DNA of 62,904 nt, the filler included, from Choristocarpus tenellus KU-1152 (lineage: Eukaryota; Protista; Phaeophyceae), in the NCBI GenBank assembly GCA_964200185.2. It is 11 parts of 11 records of this genome, joined end to end, with 100 filler letters (N's around TTAATTAATTAA, not from the genome) between each part and the next. Parts side by side here need not be neighbours in the genome. Positions count along the whole stretch, not along the records: positions 33,632 to 44,822 come from CAXNAD020002461.1; positions 44,923 to 49,375 come from CAXNAD020014482.1; 9 more parts are not named here. The stretch is one strand, 5' to 3'. Within the stretch, counting starts at the first letter, position 1. Every line of letters begins with the position of its first letter. This document shows positions 35,210-49,228 of the stretch, piece after piece. The notes under the pieces were generated by a model. The model saw only the letters and a program-made list of their open reading frames with translations. It did not search any database and was not told the origin of the DNA. The translations under genes and the position numbers were made by a program.

Positions 35210-38200
35210 AGCTCGAGAGTCAGTAACAGGTGGAGACAACGGCCTGGTCGTAGACCTATGGGATGGCCACCACCGCCACCACTCGCCTCAGCTTGTCCAG
35301 ACCGTACCACCAATTTCAATAGCATCTTGAGACCAAGCCGCATTGGTAAGAATATGCATCAGAACCTATGGAGCCCGGGGGCAGGAGATCTGAAGGGTTG
35401 GGGGGAAGCACAGGGGCTGGGACTGGATTCTGGGCAAGGGTTGCAGAAGAGACATGATGAGGGGGTTGCCCAGGGAGAAGAGGAAGAGAGTAAGTCGGAG
35501 TCATCCGCCATCCCCTCATGGGCTTGGACATTCTCCTTTTGCCCCCCATCTCCTCCAATGTCGCCAGAGAGAGGGGGAGCGGGTGAGGGTCTTGCTGAAG
35601 GAAATGTGCGTACATCTTGTGTTTGGGAATGTGGGTGCATGTGTGAGTCAATCCTTCCCATGATCCGCACCAAAATGAGGGACACAGTTATAATTTGCAA
35701 GGGATTGCCAATCCTCCTCCCTGAGTCCAGGTAGTGTTCAGCTAGTGACACTTTTCTTGATTGAGGAGTGAACTTGTCTGAGTTATTATATTGGATGGAT
35801 GTCCAGACTATGGAGTGAAGGCAGGGAACAGGGGTTGTTTTTGATATTCCCAAGACAAGACATCAATATATGTAGTTACAATGTTACAATTGTACAATTT
35901 TGGAACAGGAAGGACCACAGCTTGCTACTATATCCACAAGCATTCTTCATGTGTCTGGCAGTGCTCTTGTCCTTTCCAATCAGGCATGCAGGTGTACAGT
36001 GATCACAATCACAAATATGCTATTGACTTGATTCTAGACTGCCTAGTTTCTCTCCCCTCCTTCAGCGGTAGGCAGCCTTTTGGAGTTTGTGTTTCTCACA
36101 TTTTAGACTATGTACCCCCTTGGCCCCAAGGATACAGGTAGATGTTTTTGTAGGTGCTATGCAATTATTTTTTTGTGCATTAATTTTCATTGTTTGGAGT
36201 GGGTTTTTTCATGTGTCTGAGTGGGTCGTTGGACTGTCAGATCATCAAAGACATCTTTCATACATATTTTTTAATGGTGTTCTCATAGATTCCTGTTGTA
36301 TTTAAGATATATGGTAACTTAGGTGTGAAACGACTGCAGTAGCGCAAACGCACACTCAACACTTGAGCTAGACTTTTGAAAATTCCTTGATGTCATACAA
36401 AATATATGAAGTGATATAAGGATTCTTACAGAGATTTTTTCCTTCTTCTAGTTTGATGCTCCTCTGTCGAAAGATCGTCATGATGGAAGTGATTCTGCTC
36501 ATTGTATGCCCTCCTTGCCATCTTGGAACCTGTTAGGTGCCAACGGAATGTGCTCCCTACCCTTTTGTCTGGTATTACACTTTATGTACTTCCTGAAATT
36601 TTGGACCAAACTAAGTCCCCCCCCTGCACCTCTCCCACCCTAAGATACACCTTATGCAAGACCTCTGCAGTCCTAGCCAGGAGTGTGCCTATCTAGCTTT
36701 AAAACATTCTGCAGAGATTTTCCCTGACCTCCATTCACCTCCCCACCCACCCTCACTTGACCTCCCTGAAACTACCAATCCTGACTTCAAACCTGGTTCG
36801 TACCATTTGCAGTCACATGCCAAGCGGTGATTTTGGAGGGTAGGAGTTATGTTGGATGGTCAATGAATGCATCCTACTGGCCTATGGTGACATGTGGGCT
36901 TACTCCCATTCGGCTATTATGGATGGTGTCTTTTTGTACCATACCCCTCACCCCCACCCCTCCAATCTTAGCGTGGTTGTTATTTATATCACCTGTGTTG
37001 TCAATGGAGCAGGTCCGACTCTACAACACCTACCCCCTTCCTGTGGCCTCTAGGGGCCCACACAGGGGATGGGGGGTTGGAGGAAGGCGTCCTACAACTT
37101 CCCGACACATTCCACATCCCTCTCCAGAGGCATTTGCTGACTATGTGGTTCCTGGCACCTCTTCGTGGGTCTGGGCTGGGGGCAGAGGAAGTGGAGGCAG
37201 GGATCATGGGGGGAGGGGGGGTGAAGAAGAGGTCGATGTGCCAGATGTGGAGGTAAGTCAGTGGGAGTGAGCAGGTATGCAGGAAGTAAGTTTATAGGTG
37301 GGGGGACAGAGGTTACAAGCTCAGGATATGACTGTTTCTATTTTCTTTATTTTGAATATGTTGTATTGGCGTATTATTGACACCCCCAGATTGGCATTAA
37401 GGACTTCAGCCTTGTATAGTGCTTTGTGTCACTACTCTGCTGCCAAGAGATATGGGTCATCTATATCAAGGTCATTCATTTATAGGACCATCTCTTGGGT
37501 TGAAAACTACATCTGGGAAATTCAAGCTCTTTTTTTTTTTACAAACTAGTAAGTTGGGGGTTGGTGGGACACTACGGTGACTGTATGAAGTTAGAACCGC
37601 AATAAAGTATACCTAATAGTGTTACTAGTTTCTTGTGCCACCGTAGTCTCATCATAGCACTGACTAAAATCAGCACCCTATTTATTTCGATGAATTGTCA
37701 CCCCCAAAATCGATTTTGGGAGTAAAGTAGAGAGGAGGTCCAGATTTGATGCGAATATATCCTTGGTTTAGAAAGGGAGGTGTTGCCCGCCACTGAGGAT
37801 GGCGTGGTAATAATGATTACTTGTTTGTACCTTCTTTTGTCGGCCGTTGAAAAATTGATGCCTCTCTTTCAATTCAAGTTCCTGAAATTTCGTTTTTTTG
37901 AAGTGCATATCGTGCAAGGTGGGAGGAAGTCTGCGTGAGAGAGTGTGCATATTGTGCACTGTGACGCTGTTTTCATCTGTGCAAGATTCCCTATGTGTTT
38001 CCCAGAAGGTGCTTTGAATGTAGTGCATTATTCGAAGATCCAACCGAGGACTGACGGGATATATAATGAACCCAACAACAAGCAAAAAAAAAAAAACGTG
38101 GAGCTGATTGGTCATTTTTGTAGATCGCGCACCAACTAATATCTTCCCAGCGATTGCCACAGGAGAAGAGGAATTGGCATGCTGGTGGATAGAACTCGGA

Positions 38201-41200
38201 ACAAAGCAAATCCTCTTAATCCGTCAACTATGTACAGTCGCGAAGAGACTTGGGACAAGGTGCAAATATATGTTTGAATGTGTTTTATTTTTTTGTGCAA
38301 ATATATTTCCGAAAGGAAATTTTGTGCAGGGCACTAGTTAGTGCGGTTCTATTATTTTTCTTTTTCTTTTTAATAATTTGTAACAGTAATAATGCGCATT
38401 AGTGTGTGTGTGTGTGTGTGTTTTTTTTAACTCTATAACCCGGCCGGCCTCGTTCGGCGTAGTTCAATTTTCAAAGAAATACTGTTCTGTCCCCGGAACA
38501 GCCATATCCTTATTATAGGGCAAAGGAAGGCTTCATAAACAATGATGTTTTTTTTTTGTGGAAATTTGCGTTTGTAGAAACTGAGCGGGGGGACCAGCTC
38601 AACCATGACTTACTGCATTTATGTATATAATAATGTGTCGCAAAGACTGACTGACTCGAGTGGCGCGTATGAGATGCCAGTGAAGTAAATGCCGAACTAA
38701 AATTCCTATAATATGTCTTGAACATCTATCAGGATTTTGTGTGGGGGTATGGATGAGCAGGTTTCACAGGGAAGCAGTGAATCAGATAGGGCAAATTTTT
38801 TTTTTTGGGGGGGGGGCTGCGGACCTTGTTCTGAATATCCTCTGACATCTACTGACTAATTTGATGGCAGTTCAGCAGAACAACAGTATGGCAGTATGAT
38901 GTATACCTTAAATCCTGTCAATGGTTTTTTGTTGCAGAGTTGAACCGCACTGCTGGACCAACCTGGACATGTAATAATTATTTGACAGTAGGGAAGGAAG
39001 ATACGGGAGAACTTTTTGTGCATTCATTTTTTTTTTTTTTCTAAATGAGTTTTGATTTGATGTCTGCAGTATCTAAAACACGCATTGATATTCATGACAT
39101 TTATATGTTGCTCTCTTTCTTGTGAATGGAAACAGCTGGTTCTAGATTTGTGGATTGGTGTAGTTGCCATTTAAAAGATTGTGTGAATAGTTTTGTACTC
39201 AGTGTGGGTTTTTTTTTCAAGTCGAGTGAGTTGAAAATGATCACTGACCTGCAAACATCTTCGAACAAAGCCTACTACTACAATGCTCTCTACTTGTGCC
39301 AGTGTTGAAAAAGAAAAGGGGTCTTTTGTGCTAGGCACTGACTTTTGCAAAAGGAAGGACGATGTGAGCGTCCTTATATGCCCTGCTTCGCAGCGCATTC
39401 CAAACCAGTGAAATGCTCGGGTGCAGATTTTGATTGATATAGTACAACTGTTCGAGAAGCTGTTGACAAGGTTTTGAGTATGTAGTTTACGCTGCACGCT
39501 CAATAATCGATCTTTATACCTTCATTCTTGGTAACCCCCCATATATTATTAATTCTGTTTACAATCTTGCTTGAATTACCCTTTTCATACTCCTACAAGT
39601 ACGTTCCTTTTTTTTTCTCATACCTATAACCCCAACCCAGTATCACATTATGATATTACTTTTGAACAGTCGTTGGAAGGGGTGCTACAAGCCCTCTCTT
39701 GTCTTTTCTCTGCCAGTAGAGGGGATTTCGTGAAACGTAAAAATGTGTGAGAAGATAGAATGGACCCAATACATACGTATGTTTATTTTTTTTATCGGTG
39801 TTTCAAGCAAGACCGTGTCTGATTGGGCACTGTATCGTGCGCCTGGAGTAATCTGATAAGGAGTTCTCCAACCTGCAATTGAAAATTGAATTTAGTGGTC
39901 GATGAGGTGAGGCCAATTGTACACATTTGGTCAGGTTTCTTCGCCGAAGTCTACTGTGACGATTAATGATTGATGGGAGTGTAGTGTAAGAAGGATGAAG
40001 GATGAAGGAGGTGGGGGAGTAGGGTATACCAGTTGCGGAAAACTGCACCACTTGTGAGGTGAACCACCTAAGGCTGTAGACTTGCCGTTTGATTGTGCTG
40101 GGAGGGGTGTCTTAGTAGTAGGTGCTGTATCAGCTGTCACCTTTGTACGGATGTTGTTACTACTGCATGGAAAGTTTTTTGTCCAGACTTCAAGCCGATG
40201 CAAACATGACTCCTTGTGAGGAACCAACGGGCAGGCTTGTTCAACTAGATATTGGGGGGAGGGGGGGCGGGGTTCGCTTTAAGTACCTGTATAATGTTAA
40301 CTGTACTGACTGCAAGCAAAATATGATAATGTCTTACAAAACAGAAATTAAAAAAAGAAACAACAGGCCGTCGAAAGAAAAAAATGGGGAAAATAATTAG
40401 ATTGTGGTCTTTTGACCTAATTGATATAGGATATAGTATACTCCGTAAAATGGAAAATGATCACACTATTTCTCCCCGCTCCCCCCACTTGCCTCTTTTC
40501 TTTTTTTCGTTACAAAAATACAATGTGTTATGGGGCAGGTTCTCCGCCTGGAAAAGAGCACGGACCTTATAGAGGGAGAAGTACCAAACAGCGGTCACCA
40601 CTGCCACGATCGCCCCTCGACCCCTTCCTCTTCTCCTCCCTCCCCCAGTCCTTGTTTGTCCCCACCTCCACCCCCCGGCCTGATTGACACGTCTGCCCCC
40701 CTCCTGGTTGCCGCCGATGCTGGGGGGCACGTGAGGAAAGGGTGGGGGCAGAAAAAAGGTGGGGACGGTGATGGTGCTGCCTTGTGGATAGAAGCCGCAG
40801 ATGATGGGCACCCCATCGCACCGTCGGGAAAGAGATGTCTGGATGAACAAAGAGCAGAGTCTGGAGAGATATGGGACACAGTGGTGGGAATAGCGTCGAT
40901 GGGGAACGAAGGAGCTGCAGTCGACGAGGGAGAAATATTGAAGAGGGGAGTTGATTTGTGGTCTGGAGGGTGGAAAGAGATTCCGAAGTTGGGGGAGGAG
41001 GTGGGCAGGCGTCAGCTGGGTGAGGCAGGAAGCGCAAGTGAGGGATCCCAGGAGTGCAATATATGGGAAGGCATTGGATCTGGTGGTGCTGGCTCATCTC
41101 TTCAGGCGGTGAGAGGGGAGTGGGAATGGTGGCCTCGCTCTTCGCAATGTGATGTGTTGTGTGGTGGGCAGGTAGGTACTTCTGGATGGTCTAGTTTCTT

Positions 41201-41306
41201 TTTTTCAGGGGAGTCGGTGGGGGGGGGGGGGGGGGGGGCGAATGTCCTGGGGGAGTTTGGGGGAGGTGNNNNNNNNNNGTGTTGGTTTTGTGTGGTTTGT
41301 TTTGGT

Positions 41307-41342
<36 letters not shown>

Positions 41343-43352
41343 TGCGAATGTCCTTGTGAAGTTTGAGGAAGTTGAAGTTGTGTATTTTTTCGTTAACTGT
41401 AATTTTTGTCTTTTGCTGTTGAGAATTGTTGGGCACAGTTGCCGATTGCTGTTGCACTGAGTGCATAGGAGGATCAATGAGACATTGTTTTTTTTTAAGT
41501 GAAGTGATAGGGGTTTTTTTGCATCTTTGATGGGGGGGGTTTGGTTCTGGTTGCTACTTTTCTTCTTGATCTTCATTCATAGATGTATAGTGTGTGTGCA
41601 TTCTGGAGTTATGCCTTTGTAACATGGAGAGCACTGAGGAAAACCTCTAGAGCCCTATCTATTTGTTCATCTTCATTATAGGACCTTACTCCAACATTGA
41701 CAACAAGTGCTGTCACTGCTTAAATTGTTTCTGTATTTATTTTCATTGCTTCCATGTCGGTGTTGAAAGAAATCATTATTGTGTGTTACTATTTGTTACT
41801 GCTCTACTTCGAACTATGCCATGTGTGCACTAGGTAGTACTTATGCACAGAGCTTTAACCAGGGACTTTCATTGGACTGGAAAAATTCCAATGGTCCAAT
41901 CCGCAGTGCAGTCTCTTACCATTATGTTGTAATGCTATCAGTCGAGGGTAGTCAAATAGTTCTATGGGCCCGGCTGTACTAACTGCCTGACCCAATGAAG
42001 GTTCCTGTGTTCAAGCTGGGTTTCAGTTTACTTCGTTGTACAGTATGGCATGCAAGAAACCAATGGCGGTATGCATTGAATCGCTTATGCCGTCATAGGT
42101 AAATGACATCAAGTTGTATCTCTCTCCTTCAACCACTGTTTTCTTGAGTCAGTGAAGATTGGGTAATTTCCGGACTGCACTGAGCAGAGGGTCCATAATT
42201 CACCCACTGCTTGAGCGACTGCCTCGAAAGATGCAGTATGCTCTGATTTCAATGTATGTACCAGGAGGTTTGAATTGCTGAGAGATTAACTTGTCTAAAT
42301 TGTGAAGTTGTTTTGTGTCCATTGTTTTTTTTAGGATACTGTGCATACTCATTTTTTTAATACTTGAGCATACGATTCCGTGTAAGAATTCGTTGAGGCC
42401 TCTTCAACAACTCATAGCCAAGCCTTTGAACAAGTACTCTTCTAACATTCATTGCAAGGAAGGCACACTGGACACCCCATGCCCATATCCGCCTTCCATG
42501 TATAAACTTCCCTCACTTACAGCTAACAGCGGATTCATCCCTGTGCGATCTGGTTGCCGAGAAGTGTGCGTACAATACTTTAATCTCATATCGATGATAA
42601 TCTCATATCGATGACAATCACATGTCAAGCTTCCCCTCCTTTTCCTCTTCTTCCTCCTCCTTTCCCTTGCTTCCCTTTTCCCCTGCTGTGGGTGAATAAC
42701 CATACACGAATGCATTCCATATCCATGTATGCACAAACGCATGTGTAAGTTCTGTTTGCGTCCTCTCGACTATTTTATATTAAAGGTTGAACTTGACAAG
42801 CCGAATGGAAGGAGCTGTTCCTCCTGCTATGTTCCTGTCCGAGCCCCAGTCCCAACCACCACAAATGGAACCAAAGTATCAGCACCTTTCCAAGTTGAGT
42901 CAATGAGGGCTGCTTGTCAACAAGGCAGGGGTCGGATGAACAGGCTAGGAGGACCATCCCCTGCAGGTGTGGGGGCCAGAATTGGCCCTTCAGGAGGACC
43001 AGGTCGGGGCCGAGGTCCAGGACTAGTAATGGAACTGGAAAGAGGGAATAAACAAGGTTCAGGGCTGTCCCTGGACTTGCGACCGGGGCTGGGGGTTGGA
43101 TCTGGGCCTGCTCTGGGCCACGCAGATTATGGTTGTACAGGGCATAGCAAGGAATGGAAACGAGAGAAGGAGGAAAGGCTTGTAATTGGTCAATTGGAAG
43201 GGCCAACCCAGTGGGAAGGATTTGGGTTGGATCTACAGGAAGGTTTTATGGAGAAATTGCGCGAGCAGGGAATGCACCCAGAGGAAGGAAAAGATCAAGA
43301 GTGGCGACGAGAACTGGGCCGAAAGCTACTGTACATGGCGCTAACACTTTGA
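35210..43352 (+). CDS. Candidate multi-exon host gene of unknown function: exons about 35210-35730, 37013-37252, 40539-41171, about 42895-43352
   Basis: GC-rich open frames bounded by CAG|G and AG|GT(A/G); the two middle exons are phase 0-0; first and last joins unresolved. Confidence 0.55.
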
Positions 43353-44924
43353 GGGCTTTGTGTTGTTGGGTTTTAAGAGCAAGTGTATGTTGTGGAATAG
43401 TGGTTACATGATGTGGGAAGATGGAGGGTGATTATCCTTTTCATCCGTTGGACTGGGGAGATAGTGCGAGGATGTTAAGAGAGGTGGGAAAGGGGTCGTG
43501 TTTACATTGGGTGTAACTATCTATGAACCTGTGAAAGTGGTTGGGGCATGACCCTATCTCTACCCTCTCACATGTTCCTACCTGTCGCCTACGCGTACAT
43601 TCTCGATGATACTTACTGGAGGCAAGGAATGTGACCTGCAGGTAGACATGAATGTGCCACAATTGTTGAGGGAGTGGAACCGAGTCATTCCTAAAGCTTA
43701 AACTTTACCAGTCATCCTTTTTGCTATCATATGTAGTCTTGACCACTTGATGTTCCTTGCTCAGTTTTTTTTTAGCAGTGTGAGGACTGTCTGCTCACCC
43801 CACCCTCCCTCTCCCCCAGTTTGCTTTCTTCTTGTGTGAAACCTTCTCCTACGATAGGAAGGTGTCATTTCGTGTGTTCAAGGGGAAATGGTAACAGGGT
43901 GGGTCGGGGATGGAGCATGAGCCTGTGTGTGTATATCTGTGTGTAACTGTGTATATCTATGCATGCGGCTTTGTGTGTTGTCATGTGTGAATCAATGAGG
44001 ACGTATGGAAGATGAATATTGTTGTTTTGTGGCAGAGACGAGTCTGTCAAAATGTGCCAATAATATGGAATTGTGCTTTATGGTGGTGGTGGGTGTGGGC
44101 TGGCAGTTCTTGCAATATGTAAGTACTTCTAGGAATAAAGGTTTGTTTCCTCTGGCAGGGTGTTGAGCATAGTGAGGTATTATAGGAAAAGTTCAACATC
44201 TTTCAATTCTGATTATGGTAGCTAGCTCTGCTGTAGATTGCTGCTGGGATTGATGTTTGTGTGTAGTAGCCAAGGTGGCTACTGTGAGGGGTCGCTGAGT
44301 TTTCTCTACTACTACTAGGTGTGTTGTGAGTTTTACAGGCATTTAGAAAAAAAAGAAGACTTGACTCTCCCGTTCTTCAAATGTTTCCTGAGGTACATAC
44401 ATACCCTGAGTATATTATGCCGCAAATACATGGGTTTAACAACCCGCTATTTTTTATTATTAGAAGTTCCACGTACTGATTGTAGAAGGAGCGATTTCAT
44501 AATGAATGAACAGGATAATAGCAACAATGTTCTCTGTTGAAGGTAAAATAATTTGTCCAATGAAATTTGGTTGCAGTGGTTCAAATTCTGTACAGAGGGG
44601 AAAGACCAAAAAAGAAATCCCAAGTCGCTCATAGTCGTCAACCTCCCTGTGATATGGTACTGCACTGAGGCCCCTTGCCCTTAACCTTGACCTCGAACTA
44701 CCTCCATGCGAGGGGTTGTGAGGTGGAGTGACACAGAAGCTTTTGCCTTGTTCTGTCTTATGATAAGGCTCAAAGTATCTGGGAGGGGGGGGGGGGTCTA
44801 CACCAGGGGGTCCATTTGGACCNNNNNNNNNNNNNNNNNNNNNNNNNNNNNNNNNNNNNNNNNNNNTTAATTAATTAANNNNNNNNNNNNNNNNNNNNNN
44901 NNNNNNNNNNNNNNNNNNNNNNTT

Positions 44925-45100
44925 GGCTCGAAGTATCTAGGGGGGGGGGGTCCACACCAGGGTGTCCATTTGGGTCCTGACCAGGGGAAGTGCACTTACA
45001 TTATCAATCCGATGCATGCAACCAAATTCACAACAAAATGGCAACATGGAAAAATGGACCCTGAATGGACAGCCATTACCCCCCTCAGATAGTTTGAGTC
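44925..45100. mobile_element. MITE family B copy (reverse orientation to 6766)
   Basis: GGCTCGAAGTATCTAG(G)n...CAGATAGTTTGAGTC. Confidence 0.85.
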
Positions 45101-45255
45101 TTTGTTTGTATGCTGCGGGGTGCTCATTATATGCTTGGCAATGTAAAAGGAGCTATGGCCTTCTTAGAACACAACTTTAATGTTACAGGTTACCTCATAA
45201 CTTGTTCATGATGCATGTACCAATTGCAATTTGTCTTTTTTCTGATGGCATTCAG

Positions 45256-48200
45256 GGCTTCAAGCACCAGAAAGCAAAGTGACAGTTGTGGATCCATACC
45301 ATCACAATGAACTTCGTCAAGAACGCTGGATAAACAGAGCTAGTCAACGATTGGCAGATCTTGCATTACTCAAATACGGCAACCTGACCGAGTTCTTTCG
45401 AGTGAGAGGCCTATATCAGCGCAAATGCTTGAGCAGGCAAATATGTGTGGGGTGGTTTGGTTGCATAATTCAAAAAGCTCAAGAACACAGTTTTTTTTTC
45501 ATATTTTGTGTTCTGAAGTACTTCTTTGTACTCACTTCAAATAGTAGAAGAGATTTTCGATGTTGAATGTACCTCCATTTGAGGCATACTGTGTAAAACC
45601 CTGCAGATTGTGAGAATAGTGATGTCACCAAGCCCATTAGTGCATCTTCCAGCTACCACAGAATATGGTTGAGTTCCTCCTGAATGAGCTCTTGAAACCC
45701 TATCGAAGGTCCCCATAGCATTGTCTGCAAAGCAAGAGTATCCTATCATGTGAATCTCTACAGTATTAGACAATGGCCCTCGAGGTCTCTTGCTAATATG
45801 TCAAGCACACCAAAACTAATCGTGTCACACAAGGCTGAGGGTTCAACTACCAACGATGTTTTCCCTCATTTTCCAAGTATGCACCTATCTTTTGCTTATT
45901 TTTCAGTTTTGTAAATGGTTTCTGCTTACATGTCACCAAGCCTGTCAATACCCGAAGTAAAGTTGGGTAGTAAAGTAGAAATGAGTTTCCATGTTCCTGC
46001 TATACATCCCTATGGACCCACTGCCAATGCTTCCTTACAATACCAGCACAGTCGCTGGTGATAGGGATGCACTTTGCACTGGTGCAGCTGGATTTTTTGC
46101 TTGTGCCAAGGAGTGCCGTCCACAACATGCTCAAAGTTAACCCATCCTCCCGTGCACCGCAACCACAGTAAATATTAGCATTTCAATCCTCCCTAAACTT
46201 AAACTAGTCCAGCGAGCATAGTGCGCATGAGAAATTGAGTAACAACGCTGACCAAAATCGTTGCCAAGCAATCTCTCAAAATAGAAGGGATTGTGGAGTT
46301 GTTGGAAAGGTGCTAACAACACACCTATACAAAGGTCATTGTATCCTTCACCTCTATAGCACAATATTCATGGAGTATGCTCACCCTATTGGCATGGTGC
46401 AAGGTGTATTCTGAATCTAGGATGTGATAGTGTCTGGGAGTAATATATTGTCAGTATCATCAATATATGTACATTGAAGCATGTGATCAATGATGAGCAC
46501 AGCAAGGTTTTGTCTCCAGTTGAGCTGCACCTGCTGCTGCTCTAATGCTGATATTTTATCTACCATAATATATACTGGAGTATGTGATTTCTTTGTGTTG
46601 AACTTCTGATGATGGTAGAGGGTAGGAGGGGCATGTTAGCATACACCCTCAAGATAAGTATGCTCCCTGCATTTACTAAAGTGTGGCTTTGAACTTCAGA
46701 ATCAAAAGCAAACTGTAACATAATCAATCACAACAAAGGATTGTAACCACAGCACAACTCTTCAAGATATGGATACTGCTTCTCCTACTAAGTCAATGTT
46801 TTCCTCTCTTCCTCCCTTTCCTGTCCAGATGCTCACCCTTGCTTCCCTCCCTCCCATATATGCAGATGTATGACAGTAATTTTGACGGTGTTCTTGAATT
46901 TGATGAGTTCAGCAAGGGCATCACCATGTGTCAGTTAGATCATCTGTTCCCTCGATCACTGCAGCGCACACTGTTTGACAAGATCGACAGAGACAAGGTG
47001 CTTTCCTCAGTTGGGTTAATTGGTTGACAGGAGAAATCGTTAAAAGGGCTAATGGTTAATCGTACGCAGACCTCACTCAAAGCTTAAAATAGCAGAGCAT
47101 GCTTCTTACTGTTGCAAGATCCATCCATAAAGCAGAGCTCTTCTGCACCTTTCCGGGTACTCATCCCTGTAACTTTCAGAGTGGCACAGTGGAGCTACAT
47201 GAGTTTGCCAACTTTCTCCAGCGCAGCTTGACAGGAGGAGCACCCTCAAGAAACGCCTGGAAGGGTCATACTGAAAAGCTTGCGGAGATGTCAGTGATCC
47301 TACAACCCATTCAAGACTACCGCAGCCAGCGAACCAAGAACAAGCTCATTTACTGTCTCAACAAGACGGTGAGCTATGGTGTCAAACAGATACATCATTA
47401 AACATTTATAGACAATGGTTTAGTTAACCTACTTGTCCTATATTGGGCCTTGCTGGTGACATTTGTTGGAAACCTCAATGTGGTTCATTGGAATATGTCA
47501 CAGTAGCAAGATCTAGTACAGAGGAGGTCCACAAGTGTTGTAATGTAAGTGGCTGTAAAATGTACAGGTACCAGCAGGATGAGACAAAGAACATGCAAAG
47601 AGGTGTTACGGACCAAGGTAACGTCCTCTAGACTTGATCCTTGCATACTTGAACATATACAAGAGATGAGCAAGAACTTTGAGGCAAAGAGGAAAAGGGA
47701 GTTTCGCATCAGACTACTATTCCTCACTTCTACACCCACGGTACTAAAGCACACATCAACAAAGGTCAGACATGTAGGTACGAGCAGGATAAGACTAAGA
47801 AGATAAAAAAAAGTTATGTAGCAAGGAACTGTAACGTAGACTTGTGTTTTGGCATGCTTGAAGATATTCAAGTGGTGGGCCAAGAAAATTGAGGTGAAAT
47901 GGAAAGGGGGTAAAGGGAGTTTTGCATTGAATTGTTGTTGCGGATTTCTATGATGATAGCACTAAACACATGTTGACAGGCCAGACATTATCCCATCCAA
48001 CCCTCTTCCACACAGGTTCCCAATGCCAGCACTGGACTGGCTGATAACCGTTCAATGTTCTTACAGAAGCAGTTTGCCCTTCTCAGCTCAGATGGCAAGG
48101 GGAAGAGCATCGATCTTGATGGCCTGGTTGCTGCAATGGGACCCAAAGGGATGAACCTGAAGGTAAATATAGTTTGGGGATAGATGCAATGGATGTACAA

Positions 48201-49009
48201 ACCCCAGAGCACATTGTGCTTTCCCACAGTGTGCTCCTAAGGGGTACCTCCTGACAGAGAATTGATTGGTCGTGCTGATGGTGGGTATATTGGATGTGCC
48301 ACTAGTGAGTGGGTTGCCAAGCTGTCTTTCTGAGCTTGATGTACTTGCAAAACGTCTCTACGATCTTGTGAGATTGACCTCCTAACATAACTGTGCTTGA
48401 GAAGGAAAGAAATGTAGAAGTAGTGCACCATCCTTGAGACTGAGGTTGAAGCCCTACTCAGCTTGTCCTCAACCACATGTGTAAGGTGGTAATAGGATAT
48501 GATCAACTGTGTTCTTGGCATAAATAATGAGGCTACAGTAATGCAACTGTACAGTATTTTGATGATGGAATATTCTGGTGCGACTGCGTAGCTGAACCAA
48601 TGGATGGTTACTGATGACCAGCCTTGGATTCACCTTCGAAACACTCTTCTGTGTCCGGATTTGCATTGCTACATCCTTTCAGTCACCCTCTACTACATAC
48701 CCTTGTCAGTATAATGGGAAAATTCACTATTGGGCAAACCTCTCTCCAGGTGGACAAGGAGGACCTGAAACTGCTCTTGAAAGAGATGGATACAAGTGGA
48801 GATGGCAAAGTCTCCCTTCGCGAGTTTTCCAAATTTATCAACCTTGACAACGATGCTCCAGTTTATGATCCTATGTTTGATGCAAGAAGAAGGAATGTGA
48901 ACAAATTGGAGACAGTCAACATGTGCCCACCCCCTACAGAGACAATAGAGGAAAGTGTAATGAGATCCAGACTTGAGGAGCTACACCTGACCACCGTTCC
49001 GTCTAAGAG
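45256..49009 (+). CDS. Partial EF-hand calcium-binding protein: exons 45256-45401, 46866-46997, 47180-47368, 48016-48162, 48750-49009
   Basis: In-phase GT-AG joins give EF loops DSNFDGVLEFDE, DRDK|SGTVELHE, degenerate SSDGKGKSIDLD and DTSGDGKVSLRE. Confidence 0.92.
45560..46450 (-). pseudogene. Intronic LINE reverse transcriptase relic
   Basis: CFADNAMGTFDRVSR resembles the FIDLEKAFDRV motif of non-LTR RT; otherwise heavily decayed. Confidence 0.4.
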
Positions 49010-49043
49010 GTAGATGAACCAGGGATGGGCAATGAGGTGCCTG

Positions 49044-49228
49044 GACCCAAACAAAGTATGTGGGGGGCGGGGGCGGTCTACACCAGGGTGTCCATTTGGA
49101 CCAAAACCAGGAAAAGTGCATTTACATTATCCATCCAATGTATGCAACCAAATCACCCAAAAATTGCAACATGAAAAAATTGCCATCAAATGGACAGCCG
49201 CCAATCCCACTCCCAGATGCTTTGAGCT
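49044..49228. mobile_element. MITE family B copy
   Basis: Interior is the reverse complement of the 6766 and 23406 copies. Confidence 0.85.
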